Shown here: piece by piece, positions 27,118-38,100 of the stretch
Numbering within the stretch: position 1 is the first letter of the stretch
Layout of the letters: every line of letters starts with the position of its first letter
DNA from: a virus
Taxonomy: Duplodnaviria > Caudoviricetes
DNA length: 61,535 bases
Direction: 5' to 3' (one strand)
Virus record (IMG/VR): IMGVR_UViG_3300035182_000178
Coordinates: 1 to 61,535 of that record
Translations under genes and position numbers: made by a program
Notes under the pieces: model-generated
Databases searched by the model: none
Seen by the model: the letters and a program-made list of their open reading frames with translations, nothing else
Told to the model about the DNA's origin: nothing

Positions 27118-28706
27118 TACTTGTCCTCCTTGACACCCATGATCTTGTTGTAGGCATCGCGCAAACGAAGCGTTTCGATCTTGCCGTAACGTTCCTTCAT
27201 CTTCAACCAGTCAGAAGACAAGAGGCCATTTTTGTCAGTGTGTTCACTGGCTTTTTGTGCCAGTCGCATATTGGATTGCGCTACAGCGATCATCATCTGC
27301 ATGAGCTTCATGTTGCCTTCACGCGTCCCAGAAAGACCAGGAGCCATTGACTGTAACAACTGGTCTTCGTAGTTGGACATCGCACCCGGTAACAAGTTCT
27401 GACCGTCAGCCGATTTCATACCTAACGCAAGTTTCTTAGCGAGCGCATCAAACACCTGTGTGTCAGGCGTACCTGCATCCACCTCAATTCCCAGAGACTT
27501 AAGACCACTACGGAAATTCTGGATGTGTGGGCCAAGTTCGCCTTCAGGCATTGTCGGATTATTTTCAAGGAGTGCAGTCATGGCAGACAGATTGTTGACC
27601 AGACCAGAATTCTTGGAGAACAGCTCTGACATAGCGACGCGTTCCTTGGAAAGAGCCTTCCCAGCTTCTGGTTTCTGTGCCTCTTGAACTTTGTCCTTAA
27701 AAGGCACACCCGTAGGCGCATTTGCGGGGGCTTGCGGGGCGCTAGGTTTGCCCGGTACGGCCATTTCTGCCTGTGTAGGCGGACTCGCAGTAGGCTGGGT
27801 AGTACCAGTGCCTTGCCCGCTTTGCCCGAGTTGCAAGTTTTGGCGCACAGGATCTATACCGTACGAAGAAATCAGCTCCTGACGAGCCAGTGCCATGTTG
27901 CGCAGACCTTCCTGATACATGCGGCTTTCCGGTTGTCCGCGAGAATTCTCTACTTGTTGCTTCGCTGCGTTGAATTCGTCAAAGACGATTTTTGCCCGAT
28001 CATTGGCCGTCAGTGGCCCCTTTTCGTCTTGCGACACAGGGACAGTGACTCGGTTCGGTTCAAGTTGCGTCTGCGAAAGAGGAGCTTGCGGCTGCATAGA
28101 ACCTTGCGGTGCTTCATTGCCTCGCGGACCAGTGGGTTGCGTGGCGAACTGTTCGATGTAGTTCTTCACGGCGTTATCAGCTTGAGCACGAATCCATGTC
28201 ATACGCTGCTCGCCATCAGGGAAGTCCATTTCCTTGGCAACTTGCGCGGCGCTATTCATCGCACCGTTATAAACAGTCCGAAGCTGTTCCGGAGAAGGCA
28301 TCTTACCAAGAGCTCCGCGACCAAGCAATGACTTGTCGAAGCTATCTGCTTCACGCACAGCATTTTCAGCCATACGTACTTCTTCTTGATCGGCTTTCTG
28401 TGCACGAATCAGCTGTGCGTTCGCCATATCTGTTGTACGCTGACCTTCAGAACCGATGGCCTGAGCAGCGGCATCCCACGAACGCTTACGCGGGTCTGCA
28501 CCATAGCGAACAAGGTAGTCACTAACCATCCGACTAACAGATCCTTGATCAGCTAGAGGAAGGCGCATTGTGTCAAGAGCTTGTGCTTGTGAGTCATCTC
28601 GCCACTCGCGCATGTTCTGACGCTCAGCTGGGTTGTAGTTGTCCTCATTCAACAACTTAGACAACACACCTTGTACAGAATTCGGATCAGGTTGAATACC
28701 AGCCAT
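27117..28706 (-). CDS. internal virion / DNA ejection protein
   Basis: Gln/Ala-rich helical protein; LPGAMSNYE...APGL motif. Confidence 0.6.
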   Translation of the reverse strand: MAGIQPDPNSVQGVLSKLLNEDNYNPAERQNMREWRDDSQAQALDTMRLPLADQGSVSRMVSDYLVRYGADPRKRSWDAAAQAIGSEGQRTTDMANAQLIRAQKADQEEVRMAENAVREADSFDKSLLGRGALGKMPSPEQLRTVYNGAMNSAAQVAKEMDFPDGEQRMTWIRAQADNAVKNYIEQFATQPTGPRGNEAPQGSMQPQAPLSQTQLEPNRVTVPVSQDEKGPLTANDRAKIVFDEFNAAKQQVENSRGQPESRMYQEGLRNMALARQELISSYGIDPVRQNLQLGQSGQGTGTTQPTASPPTQAEMAVPGKPSAPQAPANAPTGVPFKDKVQEAQKPEAGKALSKERVAMSELFSKNSGLVNNLSAMTALLENNPTMPEGELGPHIQNFRSGLKSLGIEVDAGTPDTQVFDALAKKLALGMKSADGQNLLPGAMSNYEDQLLQSMAPGLSGTREGNMKLMQMMIAVAQSNMRLAQKASEHTDKNGLLSSDWLKMKERYGKIETLRLRDAYNKIMGVKEDK

Positions 28707-28708
28707 GA

Positions 28709-29632
28709 TTAGGCTCCAGAGCCAGTGATATTGAAACCAAGATCACCAAGCAGAGCCTGGATAGACGAGTCGTTCAAGCCAGACTGCATAGCTTGAAGAG
28801 CAGCAAGCACCTTGGAAACGTTGTCAGGTTGCGCAACAGGGGTAGAGATATTTGGTTGAACACCCCTGGATATATTGCCAATAGCGGACGAAATAGAATT
28901 GAGACCAGAAATAGGGAACTGCTGCTGTTGCAACCAATCCTGATAACCCTTGTCCAGTGTGGTCTGCTGAAGTTGCTGACCAGTATTCGCCGCTGTGAGT
29001 TGGTTCGTAATGTCCTGCTGCGTGAGTTGAGAGCCAGTACCAGACACACCAGTGAGACCGCTGGCAGACTGATTACCCTGTTGCGCCCAGTTCAAGTAGT
29101 TCTGGTTAGCTTGCGTGAAGTCAGCCGCATTCTGTTTCGCCAGTGCGGAATCAAGACCCATCTGCTGATCGCGGATAGCTCGAGCAGTGAAGTCAGCATT
29201 GCGACTAGAGCCGAATTGACCAGCACCCGTGAACGTACTATTCACATTAGGCAAAATATTCTCAAACAAGTTGCGATTAGATGCATCGATCGTTGCTTGA
29301 TTGGCGTCCTGAGTGTAAGGATTCAGGAACTGCGTCATCTTATTCGGATCGTAGTTGGCGTTCTGTTGATACAGACCAGAGGCCTGAGACAACCCACCGC
29401 CCCAAGTACCGACAGCATTGTTCCCGCTCATCGTATTGAAAGCGTTCTGTTGGTCAGGGGTGATCCCAGTGCTCAGCGGCTGATTGTACCAGTTCTGGTA
29501 AACTTGTTCTGTCCAGTTAGGGAAACCGGCAGCGTAGTTAGAACCTGTATCTGTCAGGTTTGTCCAGGTATCTGGATACAAGTACTCGACGTTCTGGGTG
29601 TTGGGGCTGCTTGTCGTTGAGAGAGCACTCAT
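28709..29632 (-). CDS. DNA pilot / ejection protein
   Basis: Gln/Asn-rich; FLNPYT, GAGQFGSSR. Confidence 0.65.
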   Translation of the reverse strand: MSALSTTSSPNTQNVEYLYPDTWTNLTDTGSNYAAGFPNWTEQVYQNWYNQPLSTGITPDQQNAFNTMSGNNAVGTWGGGLSQASGLYQQNANYDPNKMTQFLNPYTQDANQATIDASNRNLFENILPNVNSTFTGAGQFGSSRNADFTARAIRDQQMGLDSALAKQNAADFTQANQNYLNWAQQGNQSASGLTGVSGTGSQLTQQDITNQLTAANTGQQLQQTTLDKGYQDWLQQQQFPISGLNSISSAIGNISRGVQPNISTPVAQPDNVSKVLAALQAMQSGLNDSSIQALLGDLGFNITGSGA

Positions 29633-29633
29633 G

Positions 29634-30413
29634 TTAGTTCTTCCTGTACAGAGTCAGAGGAGCCTTGGAACCTGTAGCACCTGTCTTGATATTCGCGACA
29701 GTGCTGTCACGTTTGGACACCTTGGCAGTTGGGTTGTTGCGCAAAGCCTGAGCCATCATCAGAGCGGCACTGGCGGCAGCGAGGCCTCGCCCAAGCCCAG
29801 AATTCTGAGCGTTCTGTTGCGCTTGATATTTTTGAAGCGCATTTGTTGCCTGTGCCTCGGCCAGACGCTGAAGCGCAGATTTACCGCCAGAGCCAGAACT
29901 CTTAACACCAGATTCATCTTGAACAGCAGCGTTGGCGATATCTGAGTAATACTCGTTCTGACCAGTTTCGTCGAGATACCCAACAATGTTACCTTGCTCG
30001 TCCAAGATATAATCTTGACCGTTCAGATTGACGACATGTTGATCTAACGGCAGACCTGTCGCTTGACTGTAGGCATTGTCCATGTCCGTGTATGTATCTT
30101 GGAACGGTACAAGATTCATACCGTCGAAGACACTGGTCGGCAGTGTGCCGCCCATCATCAGAGAACTCGTATCCAGAGTCGGACTGGTGAAATTCAAGAT
30201 ACCCGGAATCTGGGTGAGATCAGTGACACCACTGAAATCTCCACCGAGAGCCTGCGTCAAAAGAGCACCGAGGTCAGGACTAGCCAGATTGGTGTAGTAC
30301 GACGGATCGTACGACGTGGCGTCATTGTACGCTGCGTCTGACAAGTAGCTATTGTCTGAGATACCGTAAGCGTTGGGATCGTCGACAGGGTCGTAGTCAA
30401 GAATGTCGCTCAA
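29634..30413 (-). CDS. putative virion protein
   Basis: Acidic N-terminus, basic C-terminus; coupled within the virion operon. Confidence 0.5.
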   Translation of the reverse strand: MSDILDYDPVDDPNAYGISDNSYLSDAAYNDATSYDPSYYTNLASPDLGALLTQALGGDFSGVTDLTQIPGILNFTSPTLDTSSLMMGGTLPTSVFDGMNLVPFQDTYTDMDNAYSQATGLPLDQHVVNLNGQDYILDEQGNIVGYLDETGQNEYYSDIANAAVQDESGVKSSGSGGKSALQRLAEAQATNALQKYQAQQNAQNSGLGRGLAAASAALMMAQALRNNPTAKVSKRDSTVANIKTGATGSKAPLTLYRKN

Positions 30414-32080
30414 TTTTTACCTCCATACAACTTGTTCGCGAGAAGAGTCTTGGCAACACCGTTCGTCACACCAGAAAGCGGACCACTGTTTAGACCAAGG
30501 CCATTACTGATCGCATTAGCTGCGATCCCAGATGCAGAATTCAAAGCGCCTAGCTTCATCCCGTTTGTGAAGTTCCCACCTCGTGCAAGGCTACTGAGAC
30601 CACCGGCGAGGCTATTATAGCCCAAACTCGTAGCTGCCTTACCGAGTGAACCGAAATCACTTGCAAAATTACCTGCGAGATTTCCGCCGTATGTCCCAAG
30701 ACCTGACATCAACGCTGAAGTCAGAATCTGATTACCGTCTTGTCCACGGGCAGCAGCTACAGCAGCACTCAGTAATGCCTGGTTGGCCGCAGCATTGGCT
30801 GCATTACTACCGAGGCTTACGCCAGTACCCGCCACGCTGCCGGTAGGCACATTGCTACTTGCATACGAAGCTAGGCCGTTGATAGCGTTACGCCCAACCG
30901 CGTTCCAGTCGCCTGTAGAAGCGTTCTGCGCTGCCATGAGGATAGACCCCCACGGGACACCTCCTGAGAAAACAGCTCCCAGAATGTTGCCGACAGGCTC
31001 GCCTATCTTACTGACCATGTCTAGGCGATTATCGAATCCAGCATTTTTGGCGTCTGTGTTCGTCACAAAATTTCCGATAGGGTCGTACTTTTCAGTGAGG
31101 TTATTCAGGAAACCCAGAATGCCGCCACCGCTCTTTCGTTCGGCGAACTGACTATTATTACGCTCAGGAGTCCAACTCAAGTTAGTCTTACTTGGATCAA
31201 ACACGAGCCCGTCTTGACCATTGTAGTTGTATCCGTACAAACCTTCCGTAGACGCAGGAGAGTACCAAGTGTTCGCAGTACCGGAGCGTGTCGCGTCGAA
31301 GTTACTTTTTGGAATGAAGTAGTACGGTGTCCCCTTCACACGCTGCGTTTCGTGCGCATAACCCCAAGGATCAGAATAGTACGTGTGTCCAGCCACCACG
31401 CCACGTGGATCTTGGAACCCGTTACCACCTCCTGGCTGGAGAATAGCTGGGAGAGCACCGATGACCTTGACGCCGTTGATGTCTTGACCAACATCAGGTA
31501 GTGCGTCGTACACGCCGCTCAATGCGTCTTTGTCGTAAAAATTGGTACCCTTGGCACTAGCCAGTTTATCAACTGACATATTGGCACGTTTGAATAAGTC
31601 CTGAGCCTCAGTGTCGGTCAAGGCGCCGTAACGACTAAGTGTTTCGCCCAGTTTCGTTTTGTCGTAGAAATTCAGGCCTTTATTTTGTCCGATAGAAGTC
31701 AGACCGCCGAGTAAGGGTGACAGAGAAGAAACTGTGTCTGTGTCAAGAGCGGATAGACCAGACGCCAGTTTATCCATGTCACCTGCCTTGAAATACAACT
31801 TGTTCCCAAGACCAGAAGTGTCCTTCATGTAGCTTGACCCGAGCCCAACAGTGGAAGCTGCGGCCTTGTCCTTGAAGTAGTCGTACATACCACCGAGATC
31901 ATTCTTGTCGAATGTCTGGTATCCATTCAAAGCTGTCTTTATTGCATCGTAGTCTCCAGAAGCTGTTGCACGACTATAGCTGTTCAGTGGTACGTTGTAC
32001 GTCAGCTTATTGTCACCGAGCAAAGGAGACAGCTTTTCCAACACGGCTGTCTGCTGCGGATTGAAATTTGTGATTGCCAT
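30410..32080 (-). CDS. putative internal virion protein
   Basis: Gly/Ala/Asn-rich C-terminus resembling membrane-interacting ejection proteins. Confidence 0.55.
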   Translation of the reverse strand: MAITNFNPQQTAVLEKLSPLLGDNKLTYNVPLNSYSRATASGDYDAIKTALNGYQTFDKNDLGGMYDYFKDKAAASTVGLGSSYMKDTSGLGNKLYFKAGDMDKLASGLSALDTDTVSSLSPLLGGLTSIGQNKGLNFYDKTKLGETLSRYGALTDTEAQDLFKRANMSVDKLASAKGTNFYDKDALSGVYDALPDVGQDINGVKVIGALPAILQPGGGNGFQDPRGVVAGHTYYSDPWGYAHETQRVKGTPYYFIPKSNFDATRSGTANTWYSPASTEGLYGYNYNGQDGLVFDPSKTNLSWTPERNNSQFAERKSGGGILGFLNNLTEKYDPIGNFVTNTDAKNAGFDNRLDMVSKIGEPVGNILGAVFSGGVPWGSILMAAQNASTGDWNAVGRNAINGLASYASSNVPTGSVAGTGVSLGSNAANAAANQALLSAAVAAARGQDGNQILTSALMSGLGTYGGNLAGNFASDFGSLGKAATSLGYNSLAGGLSSLARGGNFTNGMKLGALNSASGIAANAISNGLGLNSGPLSGVTNGVAKTLLANKLYGGKN

Positions 32081-33816
32081 TATGATCTCACATCACCGGG
32101 TTCGAGGTGCAGAAGTGTGCGTCCGCCTTCGTAATTACCGTCAAGACTGTTGCTCGTAATACGTAAACGAATCAGTCTACGCTGTTCGCGCATGTCAACT
32201 TTTTCTGTGGCTCTGCTAAACACGTAATCGTCGCTGATCTTATCTACACCGTTAGGGAATTCTCTTCCGATGACGTTAAGTGTCAAATCGCCTACCTGAT
32301 TAAAGTCGGGCTCAACTCTGACCAGTCGCGTGAAACGGTTAAGACCTTCCTGCTGATTAGGCTGTGCGCCGCCAGTAGGAAACCCAAAATCAGCAGTTTC
32401 AAAGAAACTCATGATCGCCGTTTCTTCTTCTCCGACTATTTTGTTGTACCCTTTTTCGTGCACATAGGCGGAGTAGTTAAGAGTAACGTCTGTACAAGTA
32501 CCGACACCACCAGATGTCAAATTAGACAACCCTTCACCAATAGTCGGTGTCTGAGTATTGTCATGCAACACGCAACGAAAAATGTTACTGCCGAACGTTT
32601 CGGCTAATGTGAACGACACCTTGGACGTCACACCAACGATATTATCACCAACAGAGAATGTCCCTGAACCAACGGTCAGAGTTACTGTCGCGTATGTCTT
32701 GTCGGACTCAGAATCTATCATCACAGGTTTTGTGAAAACCTGAGAGTAGAATCCGGCTGCACGAGGATTTGCGTTGTCATACCAGCATTTTTCACGAACA
32801 TTGTATATGACACAATGGGTGCATTCCGTGGCATCACCGAACGGGAAATACCAGTGGATTTCTCCGAAGCGCGGTACTTTCATAGCCCATACTTTTTGAC
32901 GTTGTTCGTAATTCAGGTTATCGAAGAACCAGTTCTGATTACTGTTGTTGGCTAGTTCTTGTACACGACCACTAGAATACACCAAGAAACGATCTACACC
33001 AGCCCAGAAATAGTCTCCGTCGTATTCTATCACTGAATTCTGCGACAGAATAGACGTCTGGGAAGAGATGGTTGTGAAACGGAAGATTGCACTACCTCCG
33101 ACCCACTGCATAGCGATCAATGAGTCAAGTGACCACAACAAAGCGGCTGGGCCACTAGAAGATCTGATCGGGAGACCTTTGACAACTTTTGCACCAGTTA
33201 CTCGATCAAAACCAGCATCCCCTGAACTCAACGTCTGCGGCTGATTAACATCAGACCAACCTACGAGACCATCTGAGCCAAAGTAAACGAGATAAGGATC
33301 AATACAAACAACCCCGCCGCTAACGGAAAGACCAGTGATCGGAACAAATTGCGACGTTTGATCTGCGAGCCCATAATACACCTGTTTCGTAGTTTCGTCG
33401 TCGATATTGACGAGCGCATTCGTGGCAACAGCAACAACAATTGTACCCTTGCTCCCGGCAGCGTCGTCATACATTGTATCAACAGACCAAATATGGTCAG
33501 GATTAACTGTAAATCCCGCCGGAGTACGATCTACGACGTAACCACCGAGGCCGTTCTTATCCATCGAAACCATCTCGATGAAACCAGAAGAAAATGCGTA
33601 CAGATTATTCATCAAGCCTCTAGACCACACCAGTGTCTGACGAACGGGGCCACGGAGACGACCAGTGATCTGCTGGAAACCTCCCATTTTACGAGGGCGA
33701 CCACGTTGAAAACGCACCCATTGTCCGTCACAAAAGACATCGGAATCCAGATTCGTACCGTCACGCTGGATTCCGGGCTTTGAGACTAATTGAAAGAGTT
33801 CTTTGATTTCAGCCAC
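32080..33816 (-). CDS. tail hub / packaged-DNA stabilization protein (podoviral nozzle)
   Basis: KPGIQRDGT, WVRFQRGRPRKMGG, VGWSD, FGEIHWYFP, YNVREKCW, RVEPDF. Confidence 0.7.
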   Translation of the reverse strand: MAEIKELFQLVSKPGIQRDGTNLDSDVFCDGQWVRFQRGRPRKMGGFQQITGRLRGPVRQTLVWSRGLMNNLYAFSSGFIEMVSMDKNGLGGYVVDRTPAGFTVNPDHIWSVDTMYDDAAGSKGTIVVAVATNALVNIDDETTKQVYYGLADQTSQFVPITGLSVSGGVVCIDPYLVYFGSDGLVGWSDVNQPQTLSSGDAGFDRVTGAKVVKGLPIRSSSGPAALLWSLDSLIAMQWVGGSAIFRFTTISSQTSILSQNSVIEYDGDYFWAGVDRFLVYSSGRVQELANNSNQNWFFDNLNYEQRQKVWAMKVPRFGEIHWYFPFGDATECTHCVIYNVREKCWYDNANPRAAGFYSQVFTKPVMIDSESDKTYATVTLTVGSGTFSVGDNIVGVTSKVSFTLAETFGSNIFRCVLHDNTQTPTIGEGLSNLTSGGVGTCTDVTLNYSAYVHEKGYNKIVGEEETAIMSFFETADFGFPTGGAQPNQQEGLNRFTRLVRVEPDFNQVGDLTLNVIGREFPNGVDKISDDYVFSRATEKVDMREQRRLIRLRITSNSLDGNYEGGRTLLHLEPGDVRS

Positions 33817-33817
33817 A

Positions 33818-34141
33818 TCACACCCCAATGAAGCCGATGCCTTTCAGTGCCTTCAGACGAAGAGGAGCATAGCTGGAAGAAATAACTACTGACGCTGCAC
33901 CGTTGATGGTCTCTCCAGACTGCGGTGTTATGGTGACGTTGTTTGCGCCGAGTGTCCGAATAATTATAACACGCTTACCGCCCGATGCAAATGGTAAGGT
34001 GAGACTCACTGCACCGGAGGTAGCGTCTACCAGAACAATGTCGTCATTCTTGTTGATACCACCTGAAGTAGACACATTACGAACTCTCTCAAGGTCGTCT
34101 AGCAAGTGTCTGTCATCAGATGTCAATCCCGCGTCGCTCAT
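33818..34141 (-). CDS. small tail-associated beta-rich protein
   Basis: VDATSGAVSLTLP, ETINGA. Confidence 0.55.
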   Translation of the reverse strand: MSDAGLTSDDRHLLDDLERVRNVSTSGGINKNDDIVLVDATSGAVSLTLPFASGGKRVIIIRTLGANNVTITPQSGETINGAASVVISSSYAPLRLKALKGIGFIGV

Positions 34142-34668
34142 ATTTTTGTCTTCAACCGAAATGACGACGTAAATTTTGCCCGTCCGTACTTTGCTCCCGG
34201 CAAGTTCCAGCCGATAAACAAGTCGATGAAGCGTGTCTTGGTGATCCAAATTGGGCGACGGTAAAGCCAGTACCCGAAGATATTTTGCCAGTAGTATTCA
34301 CCTTCCTTGATAAAGTGCGAATCACGACACCCGAACGCACCGTAGCTGATTTTGTTACCACCGTTCCGAATCAACCAACGAGTACGGTTGATGTAAGCGT
34401 AGGGGTCCGATCCAATTAGATGCTCTTCCTTCCAGCCTGAGTCACCGCCAAGATCGTTATCGATAGTGTCAAGCCATTGAAACGGTGAGAGCAGGAATCG
34501 ACGATCATAGGTGACGAACAGTGCCGCTACCGGGGAAACGATCACACATAGAATCGAGAAGATCAGATTGATCGGAAAGAGAAAGAGCCAGAGGAGTTTT
34601 TTCATCGCTCGTGTAGGAGGTTTACGGGACAAGAACGAAGCGAGAAGGTAGATCAGGTGACGCATCAT
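34138..34668 (-). CDS. membrane-anchored hypothetical protein
   Basis: Hydrophobic segment; WLDTIDNDLGGD, WLIRN. Confidence 0.55.
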   Translation of the reverse strand: MMRHLIYLLASFLSRKPPTRAMKKLLWLFLFPINLIFSILCVIVSPVAALFVTYDRRFLLSPFQWLDTIDNDLGGDSGWKEEHLIGSDPYAYINRTRWLIRNGGNKISYGAFGCRDSHFIKEGEYYWQNIFGYWLYRRPIWITKTRFIDLFIGWNLPGAKYGRAKFTSSFRLKTKI

Positions 34669-35129
34669 AGCGTAGAAGCATACTGGATCATTTGTGTCGT
34701 TTCGGCTTCTGTCTTGTTGATACTGGCCCCAAGGGCGATAACAAAAGGATCGTCAGACCGAAACTCAGTAGCAAACGCCCAACCGTCCTTAAGTGTTTGG
34801 TTGCTTGACGACGCCACGACATCTTCAACAACTTGCCGCAAGCCCCATGCATTTAGCGCCTTGCGAATCTGCCAAGAGGTGCAACTGAACACAACAGTCT
34901 GAGGCGCTACGTAGACTGGCAGTTGCGGGGCTACGACATCTGGAAAGTCTGCACGTGTAAAACCGAAACGTTCGATTGTGGTGTTATCCTCGACAGCGCG
35001 CCACGTTTGCGCCACGTCGTCTTTTTCCAAGCGCCACAAACTGCCTGCAAGCATCGCCATAAAAGAGGCATGCGCCGGTGTCCCAGCAATTGCGTCCAGA
35101 TCAGAGCGTGTATTAATAATCTGCATCAT
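34665..35129 (-). CDS. tail-fibre-associated protein / possible chaperone
   Basis: IINTRSDLDA...IERFGFT and WQIRKAL...WAFATEFRSDDP; directly after the fibre gene. Confidence 0.55.
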   Translation of the reverse strand: MMQIINTRSDLDAIAGTPAHASFMAMLAGSLWRLEKDDVAQTWRAVEDNTTIERFGFTRADFPDVVAPQLPVYVAPQTVVFSCTSWQIRKALNAWGLRQVVEDVVASSSNQTLKDGWAFATEFRSDDPFVIALGASINKTEAETTQMIQYASTL

Positions 35130-35134
35130 TCATC

Positions 35135-38100
35135 TCAATTAATAATCAGGTGGTCACAGACGCCCCGCGCACCTACTGAGTTGTACGAGGCTGTAGGGGA
35201 ACTATTCCAACTAGAACAACGAGAGCCCGGCTCGGTTGAATAGCCCCAGCTACAACCAAAGGTGGCGACGTTTTCCATTTGATACGTGGAACCACGCCCG
35301 CCAGTGTTGGCTGTCCAGCCGCTGGCCGCTCCTCCGCCGAAGTTGCCGCCCCAAACCCACATACAGCCAGTGGCTTGGATGACACCCCAGCGTGAAGTAA
35401 ATTTGTTCCAGGGGTTTGTCGCCCCTGTTCCGCTCACACCAGTGGTCGGTACGTCGCTGCCACCACTGGATGTTGCCTCGGTTGTACCATAAGCCAGCGC
35501 GGCGAACTCATCATAAGTCGGAGAACGTTTACCCCAAGATTGAAGCACCTCATTGGCTTCCCACCAAGTAAGCGTAGAGTACGTCGTGCTACCGTTACCG
35601 CCGAACTTGGCAGGAATTTTCGGAGGACTTGAACCGTCCGCGATGGTCACGTTATACTTACTAGTGCCATTAGTTAGGTGATCCACGCCAAGCAGGTAGA
35701 TGTCAGCCCAAAACGAATCGGCTACAAGAACCATACCACGTGGGTCTACAGCGGCCGGGCGGAAATTCAAGTCCCAGAATGAGTAGGCATTGATTGCTGG
35801 CGTAGCGTCTCCCCCGGACATGGCCGTAGCGTTTCCGCCGGGGGCGTAGTGGAAACCACCAATCTTTCGCCAGTTGCCGGCACTAGGCGGTGAGACGAAA
35901 TCGGTAGTCGCCTGAATCGTGGCATCGTCCTTGACCCAAATCGCGTAATCAGTACCGGATGTCAGGCTAGGCATGGTGATGGTGGTGTCACTGGCAAAGG
36001 TTATAGCAGTACCACCGACGACAATCTTAGTGCCGGATTTGATTGTTGCCGCACCTGCTCCGGTCTTGGTGAAAGCTACGGTAGTCGGATCAGTCTTGTA
36101 GAACAAGGTTTCCGAAGCAAGTGCGGGAAGCTGCGCCGTAGGTACCTTACCGCTTGCGTCGAGTATAGCCATCGCAGTCCACGATGATCCGTTCCACCAT
36201 TCTATTGCATTTGTTGTGCTGTTTGCCCGAGTGTCACCGAATGAAGGAGACCCCGGTCGCTGACCCGTCGTACCGCTCGGCATATGGGCTGCTCCAGTTG
36301 CAGAGTCTTTCACAACACCTGTAGAAGGACTTAAGAAGTCAGTACCAGCGGCGGCAAGCGACCATACTCCAGCAGATACTTTCGGAATACCAGACCAAGC
36401 AGAAGAGTTCTGACCCGTACCGCCGTACACGTTTCCGATCACGGAACCGTTCCACGTAGACCCTGTACCGAGCGTTTTGTTGGTGAGCGTTTCAACTCCC
36501 GTCAAGGAAGCGAAGTCGGCGTCAGAACAAGCCGTATTAAACTGCGCCAATGTCCCTGTAAGTGTGTTACTTGTCAGGTCGAGTGTCTTATTGGTGAGCG
36601 TATGAGCGGAGGAAACAGACGGTATAGTCGTTTGTCCTAATCCGTTACCTACCAAAAGGAAAAATCCGTCGCTATCCCACTGAATATCTCCGTTGACCGT
36701 GGGAGTCGGGGATACACTTTGCTTCAGGGTCAGCGTCGGAGTGGTCAGTGTCTTATTGGTCAGTGTCTCTGTCCCCGTGAGAGAGACAAAGTTATCGTCG
36801 GAAAGTGCTGTATTAAACTGAGCTAACGTTCCTGTAAGCGTGTTGCTTGTCAGGTTGAATGTTTTATTGGTCAGTGTCTGAGTGGCTGCGATGAGGGCTA
36901 GTGTGTCCGCACTGACAGCCGGGATAGTATGCTGCTGAATAGTCGAAGGACCAATCTTCGCGGATACGACCGGCGATGTGCCGTTAAAAGTAGTCCCGGT
37001 GCTCTGGACATCAACGAGAGCACTGCCAGCGACCGCTATTCCCAGTCCTGTCCCAGACTTGAACAAGCCAGTGTTGGTCTGCGAAGAAAAGTTAAGAGAC
37101 GGAGAAGCAGCAGCGCCGTCAACGATTGATATCGTTGTCGAAGCCTGAACAGACTGTGCAGAAACAACGTTTGTTCCGTTACACAGGGCAATAATACGAG
37201 ACGATTGCGGAACAGAAACCCCTGTGCCACTTGAAGTTTTCAAGGTGATAGCCTGTGTCGTTGACAACTGACTGTCAACATAGTACACTGAAACCACAGC
37301 AGGGACATTAACTGTCACAGGGGTTGCTGGATTACCGACAAAGGTCAGAAGTTTGTTCGCCACTTCTGCACTAGAGAGCGTGAATGTGCCACCTGCGGAC
37401 ACGTCTTTGACTAGTTGACTGAATTGGTAGATCGTACTCCGACCGTAACCAACTGAATACCACTCCGCACCTGAGCAGAAAAGACCGAGGGATTCGCCGG
37501 GTTGAACAGTGATTGTACTTTGACCATCGATCTGTTCGGAGCCATTTGGATCAATCGTGGCCGTACCGCTTCCTGCGTTACGGAAGAACACAAAGAAGTC
37601 ATCACCGAGGGTTGCCACTGCGGTCAACGACAATGTGATATTACCGCCGTTGTTCACCAACAGGGAGGCGCGGTGAGAAGACGTAACCGTCGTGTTTGTG
37701 CTAATGAGAGCAACAGGGTGTGATTGATTCAGAGAAGCACCAAGAGCTTTGATACCATAACCGATCAGTTGTGCTGCGCTAACAGAAGAAGCCCCAGCTC
37801 CAAACGCGATGAAACTCCACTGCCCATTATCCGTAGTATTGTCGGATAAATAGAAGTAACCGGCTGTACCTGCTGAGACAGTACCGACCGTGTTACCACC
37901 TAGATCCTTTAATGTGACAGTATTTGCGCCGACGTTCTGGACCAAGAAATCTTCGCCTACACCAGCTTCACTTGCACTTGGGAGCGTGAGATTTGCTGCT
38001 ACACCGGAAACCTTGATGATCTTCGCAACAGAAAGACTTGCACTGTCCGAATTCCAAGGCCACTCAAAAGAAACGTCGCCGGTCAATACCAGCGACAAGT

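Noticed and set aside
34665-35129. Avd of a complete DGR
   Set aside because: No Avd-like motifs, and no template repeat or reverse transcriptase found in the window
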